NCBI GenBank assembly: GCA_963845755.1 | Contig: CAWJTV010000041.1 | Span: 416,001-480,000 of the forward strand | Direction: 5' to 3' | Origin: an uncultured Planctomycetota bacterium | GTDB taxonomy: Bacteria; Planctomycetota; Planctomycetia; Isosphaerales; Isosphaeraceae | DNA: 64,000 bases | Shown: piece after piece, positions 36,101-46,201 of the stretch | Layout of the letters: every line of letters starts with the position of its first letter | How positions within the stretch are numbered: the first letter of the stretch is position 1 | Program-made: the position numbers and the translations under genes | Notes under the pieces: model-generated | The model's database searches: none | Seen by the model: the letters and a program-made list of their open reading frames with translations, nothing else | Told to the model about the DNA's origin: nothing

Positions 36101-36759
36101 GAACAGGCCCGGCCGGCCGCCGGCCGCGACCAGCGACGTTCCATCGGGCGTGAACCGCACCGACGTGACCGGCCCCGGATGGTCTCCGAGCGTGGCCTCG
36201 ACCTTGCCTGTCCCGAGATCGTACAGTGCGACCTGCCGTCCGACCGCGGCAGCGAGATGCCGTCCGTCCGGGCTGAAGGCCAGTGAGGAGACCGCGTCGG
36301 CGGCCGGGGCCTTGAGTCCCACCTTGGGGAGATCGGCCGTCACGTCGACCAGCGCGGCCAGAGGGGTCTCGGTGGCGGAGGGGCCATCAAACTTCGCTCC
36401 CTCCTCGACCCATCGCGCAAGACGGCGATCTCAGCATCCTTCAACGGCGGCTGCTTGTAGGGCATCCGGATCGGCGCACCGCGGCGAAGCGTGGTGATCA
36501 GGTAGCTGCTCTCCGGGTCGCCCGGATCCAGGATCGCTTCGCCCACGCTCTTGCCGCCCCGCTCGAGGGCCACGAACGTCGCCAGACTCAGGCCGCCCGA
36601 CGCCTTCCGGTCGTCGTGGCACGCCAGGCACTTCTTCACCAGGATCGGGGCGACCTGGCGCCGGAAGCTTACGGGATCGGGGTGAGACGGGGATTGGGCC
36701 AGGACGTTCGTGACCGAGACGATCATCAGGCAAGCCAGGAAGTGAGTAGAGCGTTTCAT
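33115..36759 (-). CDS. Planctomycete cytochrome c (PSCyt1) + WD40 + PPC-domain protein (several frameshifts)
   Basis: VSFRRQVAPILVKKCLACH..MPYK, WD repeats, EHEPND and ETND..DVDIYRF modules. Confidence 0.85.
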
Positions 36760-36779
36760 GATTGCGGTCACCGGTCTTT

Positions 36780-36800
36780 ATAGGGTGGGTGAAACCCACC
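36780..36800 (+). repeat. REP palindrome flanking the RAYT (left)
   Basis: atagggtgggtgaaacccacc; inverted partner at 37446-37466. Confidence 0.8.
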
Positions 36801-36810
36801 AGAAACCCGC

Positions 36811-37374
36811 TTACTCCCCAACAATTGAAGCGACTCGATCGATCGAGGCTGGTATGGAGCTTCCTCATTCCAACGGATAATCACCGTATGAGACAAATCG
36901 AGAAAAGGTGGACCAAGGCCACTCGGAGGGCCTGCTCGTGTAGCCGTGCTTCACCGGATTGTAATGGATATAGTCGCAGAGAGCTTCGAGCTCCTGGTCG
37001 TTCCTGACGACGTGCTCCCACGAACGTCGCTGCCAGAAACCCCGTTCGCCGCGGGCTCGGCGTCTCGAGGAGACTTGCCAACCGGAATCGTCGTTTCCGT
37101 CATCAAGCCAGCCGACGGTGAAGTCTCGTTTGATCCGTTTCCAACGTGTCGAGTAATCAGCATCACCTCGTGGCAAACTCCAGATACAGTGAAGATGGTC
37201 GGGAAGTACAACCATGGCGATTGTTCGGAAGGGAGCATCCTCTCGAGCCTTTCGCATGACCTCGCCCAAGAGTCGGACCGCCTCCTCTCGTCCGAATAGT
37301 CTCCGGCGGCGATAGGTCACCACAGTGAAGTAATACGTCTCACCCGGGATCATCCATCGGCGGTAATCGGACAT
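36811..37374 (-). mobile_element. rayT: REP-associated tyrosine transposase (RAYT/TnpA-REP), premature TGA at 36865-36867
   Basis: YYFTVVT, VVLPDHLHCIW (HUH), WQRR.WEH, DYIHYNPVKHG, WPWSTF; frame continues past the TGA to ...VGE* at 36811. Confidence 0.9.
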
Positions 37375-37445
37375 GATCGCGATTCTCAGAGTAGACTTGC
37401 CGCACGAGCCACTTCCGGCGGGTTACATCCACGATGGCCGATCCT

Positions 37446-37466
37446 GGTGGGTTTCACCCACCCTAC
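37446..37466 (-). repeat. REP palindrome flanking the RAYT (right), GTAGGGTGGGTGAAACCCACC
   Basis: Reverse complement begins with the GTAG tetranucleotide followed by a GGTGGG/CCCACC hairpin. Confidence 0.85.
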
Positions 37467-37469
37467 AAT

Positions 37470-39945
37470 TCAATGATTGAACATAAATTCCTGACATGTG
37501 AGCACGGCCCAGTAGAGGTCTTCGACCGCCTGGCGCCGGGCGGTCGCGATCGCCTTCGTGTCGGTTAGCCCCGCTGCGGCGTCCTTGAGGGCCTTGAGCA
37601 TGCGTCCGCGTTCTGCCGGTGTGGGGCGGCGAGCCAAGGCCGACAAGAACAGACGATCGACGATCGCGTCATCGCGGTCGTTCCGCGCGATCACGTTCGC
37701 GGCGACGCTCGACTCGGCCCGGAGCTTCTCGTTGACGGTCGTCCCGTTGGCGAGGTGGAGGGCCTGGGCCATCGACGGCTCGGCCGATCGCTCGCAGGAA
37801 CACGTAGCGATCCGCGCCGGTCGTCCGAACGAATCGAGGAACGAGCTTGCCACCTGGCTGTCGGGCAACTGGAGGCTGCGCCAGCCGGCCGGATAGCCGC
37901 CGAACGGCGTGGGGACCTCGGTGACCTGCGAGATCGCGTCCAGCAGCACCTCGGCCGGCAGCCGCTTGACGCGGTAGTGGCTCAGGAACTTCGCGTCCGA
38001 CTCGTTGCCCGGCACCGGCAGGCTCGACCGCGCATAGACGGCCGAGGTCATGATGGTCCGGATCAAGTGCTTCATGTCAAAATGATGCGCGACGAAGTCG
38101 TCGACCAGCCAGTCGAGCAAGGCCTCGTCGCTGGGCGGGTTGGAGACGCGGAGGTCGTCGTCGGGATCGACGAGTCCCCGGCCGAAGAAGTTACTCCAGA
38201 CCCGGTTGACGACGGCCCTGGCGAAATACGGGTTATCCGGCCGGGCCAGCCAGTCGGCGAAGACCACGCGGCGGTCGCGCGCGTCTCCCGCGGCAATCGG
38301 CGGAGCATCCAGCGGCTGCGGCGGCATCGCCACGCCGCGACGCGGATGGAGGATGTCCCCTTCCGTCGCGTTGGCGACGACCTCGTCGCCGGCCGTCTCG
38401 CCATCCTTGAGCTTCACACGGGCGAACAGATTGGCGAAGCCGTAATACTGGTCCTGTGTCCATTTTTCCAGGGGATGGTTGTGACACCGGGCGCAGGTCA
38501 GCGACAGGCCGAGGAATGCCATGCTCGCGCTCTCGGACAGGTCGATCGGGTCGCGGTGCAGGACGTAGAAGTTGGCCGCGCCGTTGGACAGCGTGCTCCC
38601 CTGGGCCGTCACGATCGAGCGGGCGAACCGGTCCCAAGAGACGTTCTTAGCCACGCTCTTCCGCACGAACTGGTAGAACGACCACATCGACGGGCCCGGC
38701 AGCTTCCGCGATGAGACCAGCAACAGGTCCGACCACTTATAAGACCAGTAGTCGATGGACTCCGTACTCTCCAGTAGCCGGTTGAACCAGGCGGGCGCGC
38801 TTGTTCGGGTCGCCGTCCTTCAGGAAGGCTTCGACCTGGCCGGCCGGTGGCAAGGTGCCGGTGGCGTCGAGGTAGGCCCGGCGGAGGAAGGCGGCATCGC
38901 CGGCATCCGGCGACGGCGGGATCCCCAAGCCGGCGAGCTTGGCCAGGTTCTTCTCGTCGATCGGATTCTTACGCAGGGCCTTCGTGAAGACGGTCGAATC
39001 CCCCTTGCTCTCGAACGGGGCGGTCACCGTGACCCGGCCGACCCGGCTGGCGAACCAGACCGAGACGAACGCCTCGCCATGGCCCGTGACCTTGAGCCGG
39101 CCGGAATCGTCCACCGAGGTGACGCCGTCATCGGTACTCGCGAACTTGGCCCAGTGCGTCACGTCCTCAACGCGCCCGTCGGAATACACCGCCTGGACCA
39201 GCACCTGCTGCTCCTGCCCGGGCTCCATCCGGACGGCGGCCGGGGAGAGCTCGAGCGAGCGGATCTCCGGGTCGCTGGCCGATGGCCCCGGTGTGCCGGC
39301 GGCGATCCACTCGGAGATCACCCGGTATTCGAGCGAGCCCACGGCGAACCGAGCCCCGCCGCCGTGGTCGATCGCGGCCGTCGGCTTCAGCAACATCAAG
39401 CTTTCCTGAGGCGCCGTCTTGACGATCCGTCGCCCCAGGGCCTGACGGGTCAACACCGCGTGGTCGATCTCCGGCGCGTAGCCTCTCAAGGTCAGGCGAA
39501 ACCCATTCTTACCCGCCGCCGCGCCGTGGCACGACCCCGCATTGCACCCCTGCTTCGTCAGGATCGGCTCGACGTGGTTGCGAAAACTCCAGGGCTCGTC
39601 GCGATCGTGGTCCTCGACCGAGATCGACGCCCGCGCCACCTGGCCATCGACCGTCGCCGTGATCGTCGCCAATCCGTCGCCGACCGGACTCACGAACCCG
39701 CCCTTATCGACGGTCGCGACCCGGGGATTATCCGTCGCGAACACCGCCTTGGCCGTCAGATCAGCGATACCGAGGGCCCCTTCAGACCGCTCAACCACGA
39801 AGCGCTGCCGCGCGTGCGGCCCGACCAGCCGCACCGAGGACGGCAGCAGCCGTAGCTCCGCGCCGAGCGCGAACGCGGGGGCCAACCACAGAAATACGAT
39901 GACGGTCGTCAGACGGGAGGCGATCCTGGCGCGGGTGTCCATCAT
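37470..39945 (-). CDS. DUF1549/DUF1553 protein with Ig-like (BIG2) domains (frameshift near 38780)
   Basis: GCNAGSCHGAAAGKNGFRL, FLRRAYLD, LTCARCHNHP, NPYFARAVVNRVW, EFMFNH. Confidence 0.9.
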
Positions 39946-39990
39946 GCTCTCGAGTCCAAGGAAACTCATCTCAGAAAGAATAGGAGAGAT

Positions 39991-40172
39991 TTGAACACGA
40001 AATACACGAAATACACGAAAGACTCAATAATGCGGAATGGCTCCAGAACGGCACCTGCTTCATTGCACCTGGGTCGTCAGGCAAGCTGGAGCCATCGACC
40101 CCCGATCGACTCGATGCGTTCATGCTTAGACAATTCTCTCGTTCACGCATTTTTCGTGTATTTCGTGTTCAA
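39991..40172. repeat. 182-bp intergenic element with 21-bp perfect inverted ends TTGAACACGAAATACACGAAA
   Basis: 39991-40011 is the reverse complement of 40152-40172; built from a repeated 9-mer TACACGAAA. Confidence 0.8.
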
Positions 40173-40226
40173 TCCGTATGCATTTCCTGTCCCGTCGATG
40201 TCAGGGACTTTCGTGGGTTGCCGATG

Positions 40227-41600
40227 TCAGAAGAGTTCCTCGATCGGCTCGACGCCGTGGTCGACGATGCGGAGCGGCCGGCTTTGGGGGCCGGGGAGTT
40301 CGGTGGCCAGGTCGATGCCGAGTCCGCGGTAAGCCGTGGCGGCGATCTCGGCGGTGGTGACCGGTCGGTCCTTGGGGGCATAGCCGATCTCGTCGGAGGC
40401 GCCGACGACGCGTCCGCCCTGGATGGACCCACCGGCGAAGAGCACGGTCCAGCAGGCCGGGTGATGGTCGCGCCCGCCGGCCGGGTTGACCTTGGGCGTG
40501 CGGCCAAACTCGCCGAATGCCAGCACGACGGTGGTCTCCAGCATCCCCCGGCGTTCCAGGTCTTCCAGGAGTGCGGTGTAGGCGTTATCGAAGTTGGGCC
40601 CGACCTCGTTCTTGTAGCACTCGATCGGGCTGAACGGAGCCGAGCCGTGGATGTCCCAGGTGATCTCGTTGAAGACGGTCTCGAACATGTTGACCGTCAC
40701 GAACCGGACCCCGCGCTCGATCAGGCGGCGGGCCAGGAGGCAACTCTGTCCGAACCGGGTCCGACCGTAACGGTCTCGGAGGGCGGCCGGCTCCGCGGCG
40801 AGCTCGAACGCCTCGCGTGCCTGGGGGCTCGACATGAGCTTGAAGGCGCCTTCGAAGTTGGCATCCAGCAGCCGGGCATCGGGTGACGACTCGAACGCAC
40901 CGACGGCGCCGTCGATCGCCGCGCGGAGCGAGCATCGGCGCGACTCGCGCACGGCGGTGACATAGTCCGGCGGCAACAAGTCGGGGACCTTGAACGCCTT
41001 GTCGTTGGGATCGGCATTGAGGATGAATGGGTCATACGTCTTGCCGAGATACCCGGCGGCGTGACCATGCGGCAGGTTGCCGCCGGTCGGACCTATGGGT
41101 TTCGGCAGCAGCACGTAGGGCGGCGTGTCGTGCCGCGAGCCTTTCAGCTTGGCCAGGACCGACCCATAGGGCGGGTGCTCAGTGCCGCCGGCAAAGAGCC
41201 GGCCGGTCTGCATCATCTGGTGCCCCGTGTCGTGGACCGCCGCCGCGGTGTGATAGACCGAGCGGACCAGCGACACCTTGTCCATCATCGTGGCCAGCCT
41301 GGGGAAGATCTCGGACACCTGGATCCCCGGCACCTTGGTCGCGATCGGCCGGAACGGACCCCGGATCTCCTCGGGGGCCTCGGGTTTCATGTCCCAGGTG
41401 TCGAGCTGCGACGGGCCGCCGACCAGGAAGAGCAAGATACAGTTGATGTCGCGATCCGGCGCGACTGCCCCCGCACCGGCCAGGGCCTGCATTCCCGGCA
41501 GGCCCAGGCCCAGCGCCGTCAGCGAGCCGGCGTGGAGGAAGTCCCGGCGAGTCAACCCGTCGCAAAAATGGACCGGCTTCTTGGCGTCAACTCGAAACAT
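40227..41600 (-). CDS. DUF1501 family protein
   Basis: TRRDFLHAG, FLVGGPSQLDTWDMKP, CLLARRLIERGVRFV, GEFGRTPKVNPAGGRDHH. Confidence 0.92.
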   Translation of the reverse strand: MFRVDAKKPVHFCDGLTRRDFLHAGSLTALGLGLPGMQALAGAGAVAPDRDINCILLFLVGGPSQLDTWDMKPEAPEEIRGPFRPIATKVPGIQVSEIFPRLATMMDKVSLVRSVYHTAAAVHDTGHQMMQTGRLFAGGTEHPPYGSVLAKLKGSRHDTPPYVLLPKPIGPTGGNLPHGHAAGYLGKTYDPFILNADPNDKAFKVPDLLPPDYVTAVRESRRCSLRAAIDGAVGAFESSPDARLLDANFEGAFKLMSSPQAREAFELAAEPAALRDRYGRTRFGQSCLLARRLIERGVRFVTVNMFETVFNEITWDIHGSAPFSPIECYKNEVGPNFDNAYTALLEDLERRGMLETTVVLAFGEFGRTPKVNPAGGRDHHPACWTVLFAGGSIQGGRVVGASDEIGYAPKDRPVTTAEIAATAYRGLGIDLATELPGPQSRPLRIVDHGVEPIEELF

Positions 41601-42485
41601 GATGCAATCCCTCTGAGGCTGAGGCGGGAGTGTCGGTCGGGCAGGGACGATCCGGGCTTGTTCAAGCATCCATCCTAATCGTCACCTTCGGCCGGGTCAA
41701 ACACTGCATTGGTCATCGGCCACTGGTTATGCCTTCTCAATTGTTTGCATGTCACCACGCTCTCAGACCCTCCTCTCCCTTTTGAATTGAGAGGCGGGTT
41801 CGCTGCGCAGGTTTCAAATGTCCCACGGCCCTCATTTGGCATCTGGCTTCGTTTTGCGCGATTTCCTGCGGTCTGAACATCTCGATCACCCGGCATAATC
41901 GGCAAACTCTTCCCAGGCCTCATAATCGTGGCTTCGTTTTGCGTGTTTCTCGTAGGTGGAATGCCGTCGCTGTGTTTGTTTCGTCGTTTTCGCGTCGGCT
42001 TTTGTCCCAACACCCCCCATGCATCACTACCAGACATCCTGGGGTGGATGGGTTCGTTTCGTCGTTTTCGATGCCGAGGACGGCCGGGTGCTCCCGGATC
42101 CGATTCCGATCCGACTCTCATGCAACCACCCACTTTCTTCCCCGATTTGCGCACCCCGAACGCCGCTGTGAAGTCCCGTCACTTTTATATTAATGGACAC
42201 TTTTGCGGATCTGGCAACTCAACTCCGGAGAATCCTGAGATGGGTTCGGGTGTTGGGAACGACGATCGACTGTGATTCGTGGGCGGGCCGTCGATCGAAC
42301 GCAAGCTCCTCGGCGTGGATCTGCGCCACGTGGGACACAATCGACCCAACACTCCCTTGGCGGATCCGGGGTCAAACCTGATGGAGCGGGAGTCCGAGCG
42401 GGCTCCCCGCGGCGCCGCTGGGCAACGACCGAGCGCTTCATCGTTCGCTCATGCAGGCCGCCTCGACAATCGCGCCGACTTCCGC

Positions 42486-42524
42486 CATTTGCCTCAGGTC
42501 AGTCGCCTCATCGTGCCTCGACAT
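42486..42524 (-). pseudogene. Remnant of a DUF86/HepT toxin (first ~13 codons only)
   Basis: MSRHDEATDLRQM overlaps the MNT 3' end and resembles DUF86 N-termini; no RxxxxH motif follows. Confidence 0.5.
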
Positions 42525-42813
42525 AGATCGGAAGAGTCTCCGCCTGAACCTGATCGCGGAAATACTTGCTGAGACATTGGGGCGTTTTGAGATCAACGTC
42601 GCGCCCGATGATCCCCGCCAACTCGTCCTGCATCCCGAAGAAATCCCAGCCCGGCGTGTGCCCCGGCTCGAACTCGACCAGCACTTCCACGTCGCTATCG
42701 GGCCGGAAGTCGTCGCGAAGGACCGAACCGAACAGGCTCAGCCGCTTCATGTGGCGCCGGCGGCAGAAGTCGGCGATCCGCTCCGAGTCTATGGCGATCG
42801 GGATCGTCTTCAT
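42508..42813 (-). CDS. Minimal nucleotidyltransferase (MNT/MntA-type antitoxin)
   Basis: LSLFGSVLRDDFRPDSDVEVLVEF, GRDVDL, LSKYFRDQV. Confidence 0.9.
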   Translation of the reverse strand: MKTIPIAIDSERIADFCRRRHMKRLSLFGSVLRDDFRPDSDVEVLVEFEPGHTPGWDFFGMQDELAGIIGRDVDLKTPQCLSKYFRDQVQAETLPIYVEAR

Positions 42814-42859
42814 GGCCAAGTCGTCACTGGAATAGCGATGTCGGCTGACGCTTCTCCAC

Positions 42860-43516
42860 GCCCCGAAGGGGCCGAAACATACCAGCCCGGGGCAACGCCC
42901 CGGGAACCTGGCATCATCCCGAAGCTCGCCCTGAAAGGGCGACACAACGCCGCCTGTTCAATCCCAGACGTACCGTTCATCAAACGCGATCCCATGGCGT
43001 CGAAGCAATGCGCGAAACTCATCTTCAAACGTCATCTTCCGGTGATGTTCTTCCTGGTTTTCAATGTACTGTCTCACCGCGTCGAAATTCGACTGGCTCA
43101 CGGAAAATGCGCCGTAGCCCGTTTGCCAGGAGAAGTCGGGATTCCTTGGGCCGTCGATCTTCATCCACTTCGAGCTTCCCTTCTTCACTTCCTCGATGAT
43201 CTTGATCAGTGCGTGATTCTTGGAGAGGGCAAACAGGGTGTGGACGTGATCCTCCACACCACCGATCACCAGCGCCGGACTGTCCCATTCCTTGAAGATA
43301 CCTGCCTGGTAAGCAAACAGGTCATTGCGGAGGCTCCTGTCGATCCAGTGTTGGCGGTGTTTCGTGCTGTAAACGAGATGGATCAGATTCTTCACCAGGG
43401 ACTGCGACATCGCTCGCGGGCTCCCCTTGTGTCGCCCTTTCAGGGCTAGATTCTGGGTGGACGCCGGGTTCCCGGGGCGTTGCCCCGGGCTGATCTGTTC
43501 GGGCCCTCTTCGGGGC
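42860..43516 (-). mobile_element. IS200-like TnpA unit bounded by ~88-bp imperfect inverted repeats (42860-42947 and 43427-43516)
   Basis: Both arms contain GCCCCGAAG(A)GGGC, CAGCCCGGGGCAACGCCCCGGGAACC and GCCCTGAAAGGGCGACACAA in inverted orientation. Confidence 0.8.
42958..43410 (-). CDS. tnpA: IS200/IS605 family Y1 transposase
   Basis: HLVYSTKHR, EDHVH (HUH), FSWQTGYGAFSVS, YIENQEEHH; no tnpB. Confidence 0.92.
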   Translation of the reverse strand: MSQSLVKNLIHLVYSTKHRQHWIDRSLRNDLFAYQAGIFKEWDSPALVIGGVEDHVHTLFALSKNHALIKIIEEVKKGSSKWMKIDGPRNPDFSWQTGYGAFSVSQSNFDAVRQYIENQEEHHRKMTFEDEFRALLRRHGIAFDERYVWD

Positions 43517-44062
43517 AAGGATTCGCCGAAACCGCCCCACATTCGACGTTCGATCTCTCGGCTGCGAGGACTCCTTGGGAGGAATTCTATCCCACCACCT
43601 TGACCACCAACAACTCATTCCCCCGGTCGTCGATCACCTTCACCGCGATCTGCCGATGCTCGCCCGGTTCGAACAGGGCGCTCGTGGTCCCGGCCAGGTG
43701 GTCCCAGACCGCATCGTCATAAGTCCCCTTCAGCGCCTTCTTGAGGTTATCCCACGCCGACGTGCGCGGGAAGAACGCCTGGCAGACGTGGAAGCACAAG
43801 TTGTTGTAATTGGTGTCGAGGAACCAGGCCGGCAGGTCGTCGCCGCGGCGGGGATCGACCTCCATCGTCACCGGGTCGAACACGTCCAGACCGATCAGCT
43901 CGACAAAGGATGTAATCGGCTGTGTTTGGGAGTAGCCGTCCCGTCGTGGTCGTTGTCTTGACGTAACTAATCAGTGAACAACAATTTTCTTTCCCAAACA
44001 CTTCGTCGAGCACACTTCTTGCAAGATGTACGTTCTCATCTCCCATCTGGATGAAAAAGCTC

Positions 44063-44264
44063 GACACTCCTCGCTCAACACCACCGCCGGTTGCCTCCTC
44101 GTTCCCACGCTCCGCGTGGGAATGCCGTCTGGGACGCTCCGCGTCCTCTTCCCGGACGGAGACCAACGACGCGACGCGGAGCGTCGAACCCGGCATTCCC
44201 ACGCGGAGCGTGGGAACGAGAGTGGGCCGCCTTCTTCCCGTGGTGGTGTTCGGCGAGGAGTGTC
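44063..44264. mobile_element. MITE, 202 bp, 23-bp TIRs, 8-bp TSD AAAAGCTC
   Basis: GACACTCCTCGCTCAACACCACC versus reverse complement GACACTCCTCGCCGAACACCACC (21/23); TSD at 44055-44062 and 44265-44272; removal restores ATGSFFIQMGDEN in frame. Confidence 0.92.
44098..44220. repeat. REP-like doublet nested in the MITE; 30-bp perfect arms CTCGTTCCCACGCTCCGCGTGGGAATGCCG
   Basis: Arms 44098-44127 and 44191-44220 are exact reverse complements; inner GACGCTCCGCGTC/GACGCGGAGCGTC pair. Confidence 0.88.
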
Positions 44265-45340
44265 AAAAGCTCCCCGTGGCCGAGAGCAGTTCCCTCGCGG
44301 CGATCATACGATCGCGCAAATATGTCAAATACGAGTGTATTCCTAGTTCCCAGGTGTCTCGGTACGCCTGAACCATCTCAGGCTCGCGAGTTAAATCTGT
44401 ATCGTCGTTGTGTTTTACATCCCTCCTTCGAACGAACGGCTGGAAGTTCGAGCCGAATTGAACCCCATATGGCGGGTCCATGTAGATCATCTGGACCTGT
44501 CCGCCGAGGTTCTCGAAGTGCAGCAACGAGTTCATAACGACGAGCGAGTCACCGAGGACCATGCGGTTGACCCAGCCGTCCTTGAACTCGTAGGCGCGGG
44601 TCAACTGGTCGGCGATGGAATGCTGAGGATCGCCGAAGAGGTCGAACATGGTCCCCTGGGTGAACTGGTCCTTCTTGTGTCCGCCGAGGGTTTCGATGAT
44701 CCCCTTGGTGGAGAGCCGCTCGTGGACGAACAGGGGGAGCGTGGGGACGTCGAACGAGATCCGCTCGGCCTTGCCCGCCCAGTTCAGAAAGGGTCGCGAT
44801 ATCGCCTTCAAGCGGGCCGCGGCTTCGCGCAGTTGGGCGACGCTCCGCTGGAATCCGTCCTGATCTTGCTCCGAGTCGATCAGCGTCAATCGACGGCTCA
44901 ACTCTTCGATGCGGGCAATTTCGGCTTCGCCCTGCTCCCGGGCCAGATTCTGACCGTCCTAATCGAGCGCCGGCGATAGGGAGGAGTCATACCGGTAAGT
45001 CACTGGCGGCTTCTTTTTCTTGAACGCCGCTTGCGTGCCGACGTCGGGCCGCATCGGGCTCTGGGCTTCCGGATGTTCGAAGGCTTCGTACCGGGGCGTC
45101 GTTGCCGCCTTGCCCGTCGTCTTCTTCCGTCCCATCGTCGCCCTTCCACATGCACATCCACCCAATCGAACCAATATGGCACGATCGCCGGTCGGACGCA
45201 AGCGGCACGTCCGGCCATTTTGGGAGTGACCGCCTCACTTCGTTGCCTGTGCGCGGCAATACCACGCCTGCGTCCGAAACCTTGCGTTTGCAAGGGCATC
45301 GGCGCCGATCGCCTATTACTCCGGCAAGAAAGGTCCTCAC

Positions 45341-45398
45341 GTCGGTCAGGCTTTCCAGCCTGACAGGAGCGGGCGTCAGGCTGGAAAGCCTGACCGAC
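45341..45398. repeat. REP doublet, GT(A/C)GGTCAGG family; 24-bp perfect arms
   Basis: gtcggtcaggctttccagcctgac-N10-gtcaggctggaaagcctgaccgac. Confidence 0.85.
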
Positions 45399-46201
45399 TT
45401 CCATGCCGGCGTAATGGCCACCGTTCGCTGTGGAGTTCGGCTGTCCAGCGGGGCTGTATCACGCCCGCCTGCGCCAGGCGAATGATGAGATCGCGGACTG
45501 GGGCCGAGTAAGGGACGCAGGCGTCGATGATTGCCGAGGGAGGCGTGCGAATTCTATAGCGGCTCACGTTTGGTTTGTGCACGCGCCGAAGCCGATGCGA
45601 AATCACCCTGAGGTGCCACAATTCGGGCGGTGACGTCAAATTCTCGAGAAAGACAGAACCGATTCCCGGCTCGAGGGCACCTTTAGTTTTAACTGTCACC
45701 GAGTGAACCCTACTGTGGTCTGCGCGGTCATTGCCCCTCATTGGGTGAGGCGATCGGAAACGCCCCTCGACGGAGATTCGGCAGACGCAAGATCGACATG
45801 TGCGCAGACGCGGATTGATGATGGACTCGAGAGGGCCAGTTTGCTAGCAACAACCCGCATCCGCGCTTTCCTGTTGATCCGATCTCGAAATCCGAGTCTT
45901 CGAGAGGCAGCGCGGCAGGGTCTGGGTACGCGCACTCGAACCGAGGTGCGGCTCAGAATCCAGAACGGTCAGCACGGCATACATGCTTCACAAACATTCG
46001 ACAATAAGTTCGTCTTTGTTCAGGCGGTAGCCTGCAAAAGATTGATCGACACGAATCTCGTCTGCGCCGACCAATCATCCCAGAGGGAGCACGCTTCGGT
46101 ATCTCGACCCGACAGCTCGTGTCGCTGCATCGAAGACGCATGTTGCGCCATCGGGTCATTCATCGCTTCCGCCAGAGAGCCACAACCACAGGGAAATCTT
46201 C

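Larger units (their letters stand above)
43587..45135 (-). pseudogene. Site-specific adenine DNA methyltransferase (type III Mod-like), inactivated
   Basis: YRYDSSLSPALD*DGQN (TAG at 44959-44961), NRMVLGDSL, QMIYMDPPYG, MITE insertion, abrupt jump from ADYIL to VELIGLDVFDP..IAVKVIDDRGNE near 43905. Confidence 0.85.

Noticed and set aside
41675..42154. 159-aa ORF with RRNEP/AKRSQ-like short motifs
   Set aside because: Low complexity, atypical composition and no recognisable domain; at most a gene remnant.
45400..46200. Long leader upstream of the Ig-repeat gene as a possible riboswitch or ncRNA
   Set aside because: I recognised no riboswitch consensus by eye; an Rfam/Infernal scan would be needed.
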